A stretch of 64,000 nt of DNA from Candidatus Eremiobacteraceae bacterium (GTDB taxonomy: Bacteria; Vulcanimicrobiota; Vulcanimicrobiia; Eremiobacterales; Eremiobacteraceae), in the NCBI GenBank assembly GCA_036511855.1, contig DATCBN010000015.1:1566-65565 (forward strand). The letters are read 5' to 3'. Positions 35,872-45,831 of the stretch are shown here, one piece after another. The position numbers and the translations under genes are program-made. Numbering within the stretch: the first letter of the stretch is position 1; each line of letters begins with the position of its first letter. The notes below the pieces were generated by a model that was not told the origin of the DNA, searched no databases, and was given only the letters and a program-made list of their open reading frames with translations.

Positions 35872-37392
35872 ATGTCGAAGTCGCCGAACGCCGTGGCGAT
35901 TCCGGGCCTCGTGCTTGAGGGCCGCTCGCCGCTCCCGATGTACCGCAGGATCTACGACGGCATTCGCGCCCTCGTGTTGGACGGGCGATTGCAGCCCGGC
36001 CAGGCCCTGCCGTCATCGCGCTCGCTGGCGGCGGAACGCGGCATCTCGCGCAATACCGTCGTCGCGGCATTCGAACAGTTGGCGGCTGAGGGATTTCTGG
36101 TCACACGGGTGGGCGATGCCACGCGGGTCGCGCCCGGTCGCAAAGGCGGAGCGCCAAGCCACGGATCCACCCATCCGAGAATCGGGAGGCGGCCTCGCTT
36201 TTCGCGCCGCGGCGCGCCGCTTGCTGCGGCAGTTGTGAGCCTCCCCGCTTCGATTGGCCGCTGGCGGGCATTTCGCGCGGGCGTTCCGGCCCTCGACGCG
36301 TTTCCGTACGCGTTGTGGGCACGGCTGTCCGCTGCGCGCTGGCGCCGCGCCGATCGCTCGCTCGCGGCATACGGCGATCCGGCCGGCTACCGGCCATTGC
36401 GCGAGGCCGTCGCGGCCTATCTGAGCAGCGCTCGCGCCGTGCGCTGCATCGCGGATCAAGTGGTCATCGTGAGCGGATCGCAACAGGCTCTCGATCTGAT
36501 CGTCCGATTGCTGCTCGATGCCGGCGACCATGCCTGGATCGAAGATCCCGGCTACCTCGGAGCGCGCGCGGCGCTCTTAGGTGCAGGAGTCACGGCGGTT
36601 CCCGTACGCGTCGACGGCGATGGCTTCGATCCGGCCGCTGCGCTCCGCGCACACTCGGGCGCGCGGCTGGCGTACGTGACGCCGTCGCATCAGTATCCCA
36701 CCGGCGCTGTGATGAGTGTGGCGCGCCGTCTCGCGCTGCTTGCGTGGGCGCGCCGCGCGCGCGGATGGATAATTGAAGACGACTACGACGGCGAATTCCG
36801 GTACCGCGGCAAGCCGCTCGCTTCATTGCAAGGCTTGGACGACGATGGGCGCGTCATCTACGTCGGCACGTTCAGCAAGGTGCTCTTGCCCGGTCTGCGC
36901 TTGGGCTACGTCGTCGCGCCGCCCGAACTCGCCGCGGGGCTGATCCGCGCCAAAGCGGTCTCGGACCGGCATTGTGCGGGCATCGATCAAGCGGTCGTCG
37001 CCGACTTCATCACCCAAGGTCACTTCGCGCGGCACCTGCGGCGCATGCGCGAACTCTATCAAGAGCGCCAAGGCACGCTTGTCGCGGCCGCCGAGAAAGA
37101 TTTGTCCGGTCTGCTCGAAATCGCGTCGAGCCCTGCCGGAATGCACGTCGTTGGCTACACCGCGCGCGGCATCGATGACCGCCTCGCGGCAGCCGCGGCG
37201 GCGCGTGAAGGCGTGGAGACATCTGCGCTGTCGTCATTTCGCATGACGCGTCGGGGTCCGGGCGGTCTCGTGCTCGGCTACGCGCAGGCCGCGCCGGCCG
37301 AGATCGAATCCGGTGTGCGGTCGTTGCGCGCGGCGCTCATCGAGGCTGAAAGCAGCACCCGTTCACAAAAACACATCATGAAATCTCGCTAG
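35872..37392 (+). CDS. MocR/PdxR-type regulator (GntR wHTH + class I aminotransferase-like domain)
   Basis: HTH 'LPSSRSLAAERGISRNTVVAAFEQLAAEGFLV'. AAT fold 'YGDPAGYRPLREAVAAYL', 'TPSHQYPTG', PLP-Lys 'VGTFSKVLLPGLRLGY'. Confidence 0.85.
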   Translation: MSKSPNAVAIPGLVLEGRSPLPMYRRIYDGIRALVLDGRLQPGQALPSSRSLAAERGISRNTVVAAFEQLAAEGFLVTRVGDATRVAPGRKGGAPSHGSTHPRIGRRPRFSRRGAPLAAAVVSLPASIGRWRAFRAGVPALDAFPYALWARLSAARWRRADRSLAAYGDPAGYRPLREAVAAYLSSARAVRCIADQVVIVSGSQQALDLIVRLLLDAGDHAWIEDPGYLGARAALLGAGVTAVPVRVDGDGFDPAAALRAHSGARLAYVTPSHQYPTGAVMSVARRLALLAWARRARGWIIEDDYDGEFRYRGKPLASLQGLDDDGRVIYVGTFSKVLLPGLRLGYVVAPPELAAGLIRAKAVSDRHCAGIDQAVVADFITQGHFARHLRRMRELYQERQGTLVAAAEKDLSGLLEIASSPAGMHVVGYTARGIDDRLAAAAAAREGVETSALSSFRMTRRGPGGLVLGYAQAAPAEIESGVRSLRAALIEAESSTRSQKHIMKSR

Positions 37393-37397
37393 AGGCG

Positions 37398-38312
37398 TTA
37401 GACCGCCGCGTACTTGTGAAACCAGGCGAGGGTGCGCGACCACGCGTCGGCCGCCGCGGTCGCGAAGTAAGATGGGCGCGTGTCATCGAAAAACGCATGA
37501 CCGGCCCCGTCGTAGACTTTGAGATCGTTGGGAACCGTCAGGCGAGATCGCAGCGCCGCGACGTCGGCTGCGGGAATGCTGGTGTCGCGCGCGCCCCAGT
37601 TTCCGCACAACGGCATCTTGATCTCGTCCGCGTACGCGAGGGACATCTCGGTGGCCGCCCCATCGGTGCTCGTGGATTGCCGGATCTTGCCGTAGAACAC
37701 GGAGGCTGCCGAGAACTGCGGGCTGTCCACCGCGTTTCGAAGCGTGATGGTGCCGCCCATGCAAAATCCCATGATGCCGACTTTGGGCGCGCTCGCGGAA
37801 CTCGGCGCGCTCGCGCTGGAACGTATCCACGCAGCGGCCGCCTGAAGGTCGCCGTCAACCTGATCGTCCACAAGCGCTTGGGAGAACGGACTGAATATCT
37901 TGATGTCGGAGGCGCCGTCACCGCTCGGCGCATGCTGGCGCGCATAAAGGTTTGGCGCGATCGCGACGAATCCGGATTTTGCGAGGCGCCGCACGACATC
38001 GCGGATCTGCGCATCGACTCCCCAGATGTGCTGGGTGACCACGACGCCGGGAGTATCCGCGCCGCGGCCGGCGGGCATGGCGGCATACGCGTCGATCTTG
38101 CCGTCGGTGCGCGCGAGGGATGGCCGCTCGACCCGGATGTCGGGATCGTCTTCGGAGACCAGTGGGGGGTGCGGAGCGCCGAGCGTGGTGCCGTCGGCAA
38201 GCGCGCGTGCGATGGCGCTTGAAGCGGCGATCGCTCCCGAGGAGAGACCGACAAACACGCGTCTGCTCATGTTCGCGTGGGGGGGCGCGGTGGGATCGAG
38301 TATGTCCGTCAT
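37398..38312 (-). CDS. dienelactone hydrolase family protein with Tat-type signal
   Basis: Twin-arginine 'MSRRVFVGLSSGAIAASSAIARALA', 'VVVTQHIWG', 'IGIMGFCMGG', 'YDGAGHAF'. Confidence 0.8.
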   Translation of the reverse strand: MTDILDPTAPPHANMSRRVFVGLSSGAIAASSAIARALADGTTLGAPHPPLVSEDDPDIRVERPSLARTDGKIDAYAAMPAGRGADTPGVVVTQHIWGVDAQIRDVVRRLAKSGFVAIAPNLYARQHAPSGDGASDIKIFSPFSQALVDDQVDGDLQAAAAWIRSSASAPSSASAPKVGIMGFCMGGTITLRNAVDSPQFSAASVFYGKIRQSTSTDGAATEMSLAYADEIKMPLCGNWGARDTSIPAADVAALRSRLTVPNDLKVYDGAGHAFFDDTRPSYFATAAADAWSRTLAWFHKYAAV

Positions 38313-38442
38313 GGGCGGCCACTTGTGACGGACGCGACAAAAGGCCCTGCAAATGAAAAAACACTTGAGCCTTACGCGACGTCAGGCTTTACACTGGCGC
38401 TGGAGGAGATAGGCGACCGAGATGGATGGCCTTGGTGCGACG

Positions 38443-39180
38443 ATGCAGGCGGGAGAATTCGCCAAGCTTGCAGGCGTCACGGTGCGGACGCAGCATCACT
38501 ACGACCGGCTTGGGCTGCTGTCGCCGGGCACTCGCAGTGAGGCCGGTTACCGCCTGTACGGCGACGCCGACCTCGCGCATCTGCAGCACATAGCCGCATT
38601 GAAATTTCTCGGCTTGCCGTTGCAGCGCATTAAGGCACTGCTCGCGCAATCTCCAACTGATCTTGCCGCGACGCTAAAACTGCAACGCCGGCTGCTCAGC
38701 GACAAGCGTTCTCAGATCGACGCCGCACTGTTGGCTATCGAGCGGGCCGAACGTGCGATTGCCGGCAGCGATGGACAGCCCGACCGCGGATCGCTGCGCG
38801 TTATCTTGGAGGTTTTGACGATGCACAAGAATATGGAATGGGTGAAGAAATATTACAGCGACGAGCAATTGGCGGATCTCGCCACGCGCGACGATCCGGC
38901 GCTGCGTTCGCAGGCCGAAGGCGACTGGGCGAAGCTCATCGCCGACGCAGAAGCCTCGCTCGGTGAGGATCCGGCAGGCGAACGCGGACAAGCGATCGCG
39001 GCGCGCTGGTCGGAACTGATCCACGTGTTCACGGGCGGCGATGCCGGCATTCGCAGCGGTCTGCAAAAGCTGTACGCCGACCGTGCCAATTGGCCGGCCA
39101 CGTTTGAAAAGCCTTATAGCGACGCGGTCGGCGCGTTCATCGCAAAGGCGATGGCTGCGCGCGAACGCAATGCCGGCTGA
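38443..39180 (+). CDS. MerR family transcriptional regulator (TipAS-like C-terminal domain)
   Basis: 'MQAGEFAKLAGVTVRTQHHYDRLGLLSP...GYRLYGDADLAHLQHIAALKFLGLPLQRIKALL'. The track start at 38422 is also possible. Confidence 0.8.
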   Translation: MQAGEFAKLAGVTVRTQHHYDRLGLLSPGTRSEAGYRLYGDADLAHLQHIAALKFLGLPLQRIKALLAQSPTDLAATLKLQRRLLSDKRSQIDAALLAIERAERAIAGSDGQPDRGSLRVILEVLTMHKNMEWVKKYYSDEQLADLATRDDPALRSQAEGDWAKLIADAEASLGEDPAGERGQAIAARWSELIHVFTGGDAGIRSGLQKLYADRANWPATFEKPYSDAVGAFIAKAMAARERNAG

Positions 39181-39201
39181 CGCGTCATGCGGAAAACCCC
39201 G

Positions 39202-39381
39202 CTAACCTAAAAGCTTTGCGCGCGCCGCCTGATACTGTTCGTCGCTCAAGACCCCGGCGGTGTGGAGATCGTCCAGCTCGCGCAATTTGCTTTCTGCAAC
39301 GTCCAGCGATGCATCGGGCTGCGTTTCCGCCGTGCTCGGCGCGGCTTCTTCGGCCGAGTCATCAGCTTTCGCGGGCGACAA
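39202..39381 (-). CDS. candidate SHOCT-domain small protein (start unresolved; frame open up to 39504)
   Basis: C-terminus 'KLRELDDLHTAGVLSDEQYQAARAKLLG' matches the SHOCT pattern. The first canonical start is TTG 39381 (59 aa). The frame stays open and protein-like for 41 more codons upstream with no ATG/GTG/TTG. Confidence 0.4.
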   Translation of the reverse strand: MSPAKADDSAEEAAPSTAETQPDASLDVAESKLRELDDLHTAGVLSDEQYQAARAKLLG

Positions 39382-39475
39382 CAGCTTTCGCAGCTGCTCC
39401 TTGATCTGCGCCGCGTCGCCGCCTTCGATCTGGATCGTCGATGCTTTGGCAGGATGTTCTCCACATGCCGGCTTT

Positions 39476-40597
39476 TTAGTGTCGCAAGCCCAATATGCCG
39501 ACGACTATTTCTATCGCGATCAAGAGGATCACGATGATCTCGAGAAACTCTCCGCGCGCGATCTGCGCCTGATCGATGAGGTAACGGTACACTTCACCGA
39601 CGCTGTCGAGCTTGCCCTCGATTTGGCTCTGCCAGTCGGCGAGACCAAGTCGTGCGGCGATTCCGCGGTAGATGCGCGCGTAGTACGCGTCGCCGATGAT
39701 CTTCAACGCGTTGCTCGTGCGGTCGGCTAGCTCGCGGATATCGACCATGAGATATCGCAGTTGTTGTGCTCGAAGGTCGGCAGCGCGTCTGCCGAGCGGC
39801 CGCGCCGCTCCACGGCTTGGCACGTCCATTTCATAGATCACGTCGAGCTCGGCGTCGAGACGGGCGTCATACGTGCGAAATTCGACGAGCTGGGAATTGG
39901 CGAACTCGAGGATGTCTTCGATGACGTCGGCGTCGTCACTGTTTTCATAGACGAATGCGGAATCCCACAGCACGACCACAAGATCGTTCGGATAGTAGCT
40001 GTAGTGATGGCGCAGCGCCTCGGTCTGTTCTTCCTTGCCGAGCGCTTGGGCCTCGGCCATCATCAGCGACACGAGGGCTGCGCGGTTATCGCCAAGCAGT
40101 TCGCTCGCCTCTACCAATCGTGTGAACGCTTCGACGGTGTAGATGAAGTAATCCTCGACGAGCGGATCGTGCGGATCGTCGAGCGCAGTCGTGCAATCGC
40201 GGAGGGTTTCGAGCACGAGACGGCGCGCCTGGACGAGCAATTCCTCGTCCTGCCGCAACGTCGTCGCGAGCGCGGCGAAGCCTTCCCACGATCCGGCGTA
40301 GGGAAACGAGAAGCGGATCGAGATGACGCCAAAATCGTAGATCTTGACGCGTGACGTTCCCTTATTGGGGCCGACGGTGATCGGCGGCATGATAGCTGCA
40401 AGAGGTGGAACAGCGAATTGTATGTTGCCCGGCGACTGGGTGGTCCGGGGCCGCAACGGCGCGGGATGTGCGCTCGTGCCGCCGATCTGGCTCAACTGCT
40501 TGAGGTCGATGGCATCGGCGACATCGAAGATGAAACAGGCGTGGAAAGTTCCGGAAGCGATTGATGGAGCGCTCGACATCATGATGCGATTCGACAT
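39476..40597 (-). CDS. RMD1/DUF155-family protein with C-terminal TM helix
   Basis: Conserved-looking core 'VVLWDSAFVYENSDD...ILEFANSQLVEFRTYD' and terminal 'FLEIIVILLIAIEIVVGILGL' anchor, as remembered for DUF155 proteins. Assignment from memory only. Confidence 0.55.
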   Translation of the reverse strand: MSNRIMMSSAPSIASGTFHACFIFDVADAIDLKQLSQIGGTSAHPAPLRPRTTQSPGNIQFAVPPLAAIMPPITVGPNKGTSRVKIYDFGVISIRFSFPYAGSWEGFAALATTLRQDEELLVQARRLVLETLRDCTTALDDPHDPLVEDYFIYTVEAFTRLVEASELLGDNRAALVSLMMAEAQALGKEEQTEALRHHYSYYPNDLVVVLWDSAFVYENSDDADVIEDILEFANSQLVEFRTYDARLDAELDVIYEMDVPSRGAARPLGRRAADLRAQQLRYLMVDIRELADRTSNALKIIGDAYYARIYRGIAARLGLADWQSQIEGKLDSVGEVYRYLIDQAQIARGEFLEIIVILLIAIEIVVGILGLRH

Positions 40598-40683
40598 TGA
40601 CCGGGCGTGCCGGACTTCCTGGTCTCGCGCGCTCGCGCATTGGTCCAGAGGGTCGTAGCTGCGGCGTGCACAATCAAAAGCAT

Positions 40684-41598
40684 ATGGGCGACCTCAAGAC
40701 GGGCATCGCCATCGGAATCGACGGCGGCGGCACGAAGACGCTTGGTATTCTCGTGAACGCCGAGGGAAGAGAGGTGGCGCGCGCGCAAGCCGGGGGCGCC
40801 AATCCGTGGGATGTGGGGCCGGAAGCCGCGCGCCAAGCTCTTCAGCACGTGCTCGATGCTCTTATGACAGGTAGCAGCGTGCGGGCCGTCTGTCTCGGCA
40901 GCGCGGGAATCGGTCGCGAGTCGGACCTCATCACGACTGAGAAGACCATGCGCTCTTTGCTCCCCAGCAACATCGCCATCAACGTGCGCAACGATGCCGC
41001 CGCAGCGCTTGGAATCGTGGGCCCTAAAAGGCCGGCCGTCGTTGTTATCGCGGGGACCGGGAGCATCGCTTACGGCGAAGGCGCCGATGGCACCGTCGTC
41101 CGCGCGGGCGGCCACGGTGCCATCATCGGCGACGCGGGGAGCGCCTCTGCGCTCGGACTTGCCGCAATCCGCCATACTGCCAATGCGTTCGACGGCAGCG
41201 AACCGCGCGGACTTCTGGCCGAGGCTGTGATCAAGACGCTCAAACTCCGTCAGGCGTCCGATATCGTGCTGCGAATTCAGCACCCCAATTTCGACGTGCC
41301 GCTCGTCGCCTCGCTCGCGCCGCTCGTCGAGCAAGCCTATCAAGCCGGCGACCGGGCGGCAAAGGCGCTCGTGGACCTTGAAGCAAGCACGCTCGCCGCC
41401 AATGGGAAGCGAGTCGCGCAGGTCGTGCGGGGAGAGGCCGCGCTGCCCGTACTTCTCGTCGGCGGGGTATTCGGCGGATTCGCGGAAATTCGCGATCGCG
41501 TCAAGGCTGCGCTGCGTCAAACGGGCTCTGTCGTGATCCACGAGTCCTCCGAATGCGTGCACGGCGCAGCGCGCATCGCGCTCGAACTCGCCGGCTAG
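40684..41598 (+). CDS. BadF/BadG/BcrA/BcrD-type ATPase (N-acetylglucosamine kinase-like)
   Basis: 'IGIDGGGTKT', 'AGTGSIAYG', 'GHGAIIGDAGSA'. ATG 40684 preferred over the track TTG 40597. Confidence 0.8.
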   Translation: MGDLKTGIAIGIDGGGTKTLGILVNAEGREVARAQAGGANPWDVGPEAARQALQHVLDALMTGSSVRAVCLGSAGIGRESDLITTEKTMRSLLPSNIAINVRNDAAAALGIVGPKRPAVVVIAGTGSIAYGEGADGTVVRAGGHGAIIGDAGSASALGLAAIRHTANAFDGSEPRGLLAEAVIKTLKLRQASDIVLRIQHPNFDVPLVASLAPLVEQAYQAGDRAAKALVDLEASTLAANGKRVAQVVRGEAALPVLLVGGVFGGFAEIRDRVKAALRQTGSVVIHESSECVHGAARIALELAG

Positions 41599-42804
41599 TC
41601 AATCCGAGACCTGCTCCGCGTATCGTAGGATGGGCGAGAAGAGCACGACGCAAATCGTCGCCAAGCCGCATGCGATGCCCACGAACAAGACCGGGTATAC
41701 GCCGATGCGCTGCGCGAGTGCCCCGCCGAGGATCGATCCAAGCGGCAGCGCACCCCACGCAATGGTTCGGACCGTCGCGTTCATCCGGCCTTGCAACGCG
41801 ACCGGCACCAACCGCTGCCGCAGACTTACCTGCGTGATGTTGTAAAGAACGTTCGACATGTCGGCGATGAAGTTGGACGCCGCGAGTACCGCAAGCCCGT
41901 AACCCACGACCGCCAACGGGAGCAGGGCAGCGGCGAGGGTGAATCCGATGACGCCCGTCAATATCGTGCGGCCAAAGCCGAGCGCGGCCCCGATACGCGG
42001 CGCCAGCGCCGACGACAGCAGCATGCCCACCGCTCCGATCCCGCCGACCAGTCCGACTTGCAGCGGTGAGATGTGGATGAAACGATACGCGTACTGCAGC
42101 CACAGCGCGATGTTGATTCCGCTCCCGATATTGCTGATCGCCGTGCACAAAGTGACGTAAAGTATGATCGGCGTTTGAAAAACGATCCGGACCCCTTCGC
42201 GAAGCATATCGATCGGCCGTTCGCTTGCGACGTCAGGCGCGGTGTCCTTGCCGGGAATAAGCACGAGACTCGCGGCGGAGGCGAAGAATGAAAGCGCGTC
42301 AGCAACGACGGCGTTGGCCGCGCCGAAGATGCCGATGAGGACGCCGGCGAGCGGCATCCCTCCGAGCTCAGCAGCCGACGCGCTCATCTGCAGACGAGAG
42401 TTCGCGTGGATCAGGACTTCTCGTTCGACGAGCTCCGGCAAATACGACTGATACGTGATCTCGAAGAAGACCGAGCTGATGCCCACGACGGTCGCGATGG
42501 CGTAGAGCATCGTCAGCGAGAGCGCATGCATCAGAAATGCGATCGGCACGACCAGGAGCGCGCAGCCGCGGACGATGTCGGCGGCGATCAAAATCGGGCG
42601 CCGGCGCTGCCGGTCGGCGATGACGCCGACCGTGAGGCCCAAAATCGGAAACCACAGATACTCTAGGGTTCCGAGCAACCCCGTTTGTGCCGGCGTCGCG
42701 TGGAGCGTGAGAATGGCGATCGTCGGAATCGCCAACAGCGAGATCTGCGTGCCGAAACCGCTGATCGTCTGACCGGCCCAAAGGAGCAGAAAGCGGCGAT
42801 CCAT
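41599..42804 (-). CDS. MFS transporter
   Basis: 12 hydrophobic helices, 'GVIADRQRRRPILI' loop 2-3 motif. ATG 42804 ('MDRRFLLLWAGQ'). Confidence 0.8.
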   Translation of the reverse strand: MDRRFLLLWAGQTISGFGTQISLLAIPTIAILTLHATPAQTGLLGTLEYLWFPILGLTVGVIADRQRRRPILIAADIVRGCALLVVPIAFLMHALSLTMLYAIATVVGISSVFFEITYQSYLPELVEREVLIHANSRLQMSASAAELGGMPLAGVLIGIFGAANAVVADALSFFASAASLVLIPGKDTAPDVASERPIDMLREGVRIVFQTPIILYVTLCTAISNIGSGINIALWLQYAYRFIHISPLQVGLVGGIGAVGMLLSSALAPRIGAALGFGRTILTGVIGFTLAAALLPLAVVGYGLAVLAASNFIADMSNVLYNITQVSLRQRLVPVALQGRMNATVRTIAWGALPLGSILGGALAQRIGVYPVLFVGIACGLATICVVLFSPILRYAEQVSD

Positions 42805-42922
42805 CGGGCGACCCGTTAGTTGGCGGCGGGCCGGAAACCCTCGGCTTACGGCAGAGGAGCCAGAACTTCTGGGGAAAAAGGTTGAAGCAGTTTGTAGCAC
42901 GGGCCGCAACGGCGGTCACAGG

Positions 42923-44251
42923 ATGAGCATGGACGCGGACGTCGTCGTGATTGGAGCCGGCGCGGCGGGCCTGGCGGCTGCGCGAAGCATGGCACGCCGG
43001 TCGTTGCGGGTTATCGTGCTCGAGGCGCGCGACCACGAAGGCGGCCGGGTGTGGTCCGAGGTGTCTGCTGGAGATCGCGCGCCGGTCGAACTCGGCGCCG
43101 AGTTCATACACGGACCCGCGCGTGAGACGCTCAAATTGCTTCGCGACGCCGGTACAGCGTCGGTCGACACGGCCGGCGAGGCGTGGGTATGCGGTGACGA
43201 CGGGGAGCTGCATCGCGCGAATGACAACGAATTCCTATCCGCCGCCGGCATCTTCGAGGGCGCTCGCGCGCTCGCACACGACGAGAGCGTTGATCGCTTT
43301 CTCCGCCGCTTCGACGGCGATGTCGCAAGGCAGAATGACGCGCGCGCTGCGCGGTCGTTCGTCGAGGGCTTCGACGCTGCCGATCCAGCAATCGCGAGCG
43401 CCGTCGGGATCGCGGATGAGTGGCGGTCGGGTGTGGACATCGCATCCGCGCGGCCGATCGGCGGATACCAACCGATGTTCGAATACCTGCGCACGTCATG
43501 CATCGCCGCGGGCGTTCAAACGTTTCTGTCGACCGCCGTACGCCAAATCTCATGGAGGCGCGGCGAAGTCAGGGTCTCTGCGAAGAACGCACGAGAGGAA
43601 ACACGGACGATTAGCGCGCGAGCCGTCATCGTCACGGTACCGATCGGTGTATTGCGGCGGCGCGGCGGCGAGCCGGCGATCTTGTTTCAGCCCGGATTGC
43701 CCAAGGCGAAGCTCAAGTCGATCGCGAGCATCGAGATGGGTGATGCCGTCAAAGTGGTGCTCAAATTCCGTTCGCCATTCTGGGAGCGCATCCGCGATGG
43801 ACGCTATCGTGACGCCGCGTTCTTCCGCGGCGTGGCGCAGCCTTTCCCGACGTATTGGACCCAATTGCCCGAGCGGAGCGACTTGATCGTTGCCTGGGTC
43901 GGAGGCCCGAAGGCGACTGCGTTGAGCGGCGTTTCGCAGGATGAGCTTATCGATCGCGCGCTGAGCGGTCTCGACGCGTTGCTCGGCGAGCCGGCTCTTT
44001 TGCGCGCGGAATTTGAACGCGGATTCACGCACGATTGGCGCCGCGACCCGTTCGCGCGTGGCGCATACAGTTACGTGGCCGTCGGTGGCGGGGATGCGCG
44101 GGCGACGCTTGCCGCGCCCGTCGATGAGACGCTATTCTTCGCCGGGGAGGCGACCGCGAACGACGGCCAAGGCGGAACGGTGAACGGTGCGCTCGAAACC
44201 GGGGAGCGCGCTGCGAGGGAAGCGGCAGATTCTATCGGCGCCGCTGCGTAA
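42923..44251 (+). CDS. FAD-dependent amine oxidase (flavin monoamine/polyamine oxidase family)
   Basis: 'DVVVIGAGAAGLAAA', 'VLEARDHEGGRV', C-terminal 'FFAGEAT...GTVNGALETGERAA'. Confidence 0.8.
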   Translation: MSMDADVVVIGAGAAGLAAARSMARRSLRVIVLEARDHEGGRVWSEVSAGDRAPVELGAEFIHGPARETLKLLRDAGTASVDTAGEAWVCGDDGELHRANDNEFLSAAGIFEGARALAHDESVDRFLRRFDGDVARQNDARAARSFVEGFDAADPAIASAVGIADEWRSGVDIASARPIGGYQPMFEYLRTSCIAAGVQTFLSTAVRQISWRRGEVRVSAKNAREETRTISARAVIVTVPIGVLRRRGGEPAILFQPGLPKAKLKSIASIEMGDAVKVVLKFRSPFWERIRDGRYRDAAFFRGVAQPFPTYWTQLPERSDLIVAWVGGPKATALSGVSQDELIDRALSGLDALLGEPALLRAEFERGFTHDWRRDPFARGAYSYVAVGGGDARATLAAPVDETLFFAGEATANDGQGGTVNGALETGERAAREAADSIGAAA

Positions 44252-44255
44252 TCGT

Positions 44256-44804
44256 ATGGCTGAAAATGCGTCGTCCATCCTCACGCACTGGTCGAACTTC
44301 TACATACTGCTCGGCTCGGCCGCTGCGTCCCTGACCGGGTTGATGTTTGTCGTCATCACGTTGGTCATGGGCACGGAACGGCGACGGCAGGCAGAGGATG
44401 GGATCTCGACGTTCAGCACGCCAACCGTGGTGCACTTCGGCGCGGCGCTATTGCTAGCGGCGATTCTCAGCGCGCCATGGGACCGGCTGATCGACCCCGC
44501 TGTCTTGCTTGGACTCGTCGGGATATGCGGCGTTGCGTACGTATCGCGTTTGATCTACCGGACGACGCGAATGAATGGGTATAGCGCGGATGCAGAAGAC
44601 TGGGCCTGGTTTTCGATTCTACCATTGGTCGCCTACGCTTCGATCTTCGCAGGCGCGGTCGACCTTCCGATCGACCCAGCGCACGCGCTCTTCGTGCTCG
44701 CACTTGGGGCTGCGCTTCTGATACTCATCGGCATTCACAACGCTTGGGACATCGTGACATACATCGCGCTTGGAAACGCCGAAAAGCCGCCGGCATCGAA
44801 ATAG
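44256..44804 (+). CDS. hypothetical membrane protein
   Basis: ATG 44256 lies 4 nt after the oxidase stop. Four to five TM helices. No family recognised. Confidence 0.55.
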   Translation: MAENASSILTHWSNFYILLGSAAASLTGLMFVVITLVMGTERRRQAEDGISTFSTPTVVHFGAALLLAAILSAPWDRLIDPAVLLGLVGICGVAYVSRLIYRTTRMNGYSADAEDWAWFSILPLVAYASIFAGAVDLPIDPAHALFVLALGAALLILIGIHNAWDIVTYIALGNAEKPPASK

Positions 44805-44811
44805 CGTAGAA

Positions 44812-45783
44812 TTATTCGGGCCACGCCAGGCCGGTCAGGCGTTCACTCAATCCCCAAAGCGCTCGTGCTGTGGTCTTGTCGATAGCCCAGCGTCGTACGC
44901 CGGAAGAAAGCTGGCCGTCGTCGGGAATGATTTCGGCGATGTCGCAGTCTGCACAATAGACGCCGCCTTTGCCGCTCAGTTGAGGGCTCAGCGCACACCA
45001 CATGGTCGTCGCCGCGCCTTGCTCGATGGTCTTGAGGCCAGGTCCCTGCAGGACGCCGCCCACTCGAGATATCCCCGCCGCAATCAGATCGTCGTCGGTC
45101 ATGTAACGACCAAGGTTGGTGGTGACTATTCTGCCGGGATGAACGGCGAACGCGCGCGTGTCAAATTCTCGACCGCGGCGGTCGAGCTCGACTGAAAACA
45201 GAGAATTTGCGTTCTTGGATTGCCCGTAGGCGATCCATTTGTCATACGGCCGCGCAGTGAAGTTCAGATCTTCGAGATCGACTTGTGCAAATCGGTGCCC
45301 GGCTGAAGACAAAGTGACCACTCGTGAAGACTTCGCGCTCTTGAGCGCAGTCCAGAGACGCGCGGTGAGCTGAAAATGACCCAAGTGATTGGTCGCAAAT
45401 TGCATCTCGTAGCCACGGTGATCTCGCATCAGCGGCGTTGCCATGATTCCGGCATTGTTGATAAGTAGATCGAGGGACCGATTTGCGTCGAGAAATGTCT
45501 GGGAGAATTCGTCGATGGAACTCGGATCTGCAAGGTCCAAGCGCACCGCTACGACGTTGTTCAGTCCCGAGAGAGCGTCGCGCGCCTTTTGAAGATCACG
45601 GGCGCCAACGAACACGCTGGCGCCCGCATTTGCGAGAACTCGTGTCGTCTCGAGTCCAATTCCTGAGTGACCGCCCGTTACGACTACGACTCGTCCGCCA
45701 AGGTCCAGTCCTGAGGCGATTTCGTCAGCCGTGGTTTGCGGTCCATAACCCGATCCTAAGGGCTGTTGTTCCGTCTCCATCAC
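44812..45783 (-). CDS. SDR-family oxidoreductase
   Basis: 'VVVTGGHSGIGLET', 'NNAG', catalytic 'YGQSK'. Confidence 0.85.
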   Translation of the reverse strand: MMETEQQPLGSGYGPQTTADEIASGLDLGGRVVVVTGGHSGIGLETTRVLANAGASVFVGARDLQKARDALSGLNNVVAVRLDLADPSSIDEFSQTFLDANRSLDLLINNAGIMATPLMRDHRGYEMQFATNHLGHFQLTARLWTALKSAKSSRVVTLSSAGHRFAQVDLEDLNFTARPYDKWIAYGQSKNANSLFSVELDRRGREFDTRAFAVHPGRIVTTNLGRYMTDDDLIAAGISRVGGVLQGPGLKTIEQGAATTMWCALSPQLSGKGGVYCADCDIAEIIPDDGQLSSGVRRWAIDKTTARALWGLSERLTGLAWPE

Positions 45784-45831
45784 AACCGCGCTACAGCAGA
45801 AGAGCAGACGCCATTGAAATGAAGTGCGTTC

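Noticed and set aside
39246-39464. 72-aa track ORF between the MerR and RMD1-like genes
   Set aside because: The translation is Arg/Ser/Lys-rich junk. A different frame on the same strand gives a SHOCT-domain C-terminus and is preferred.
40579-41562. 327-aa minus-strand ORF opposite the BadF-type ATPase gene
   Set aside because: No motifs and Arg/Asp-rich. The plus-strand frame has clear 'DGGGTKT' and 'AGTGS' ATPase motifs.
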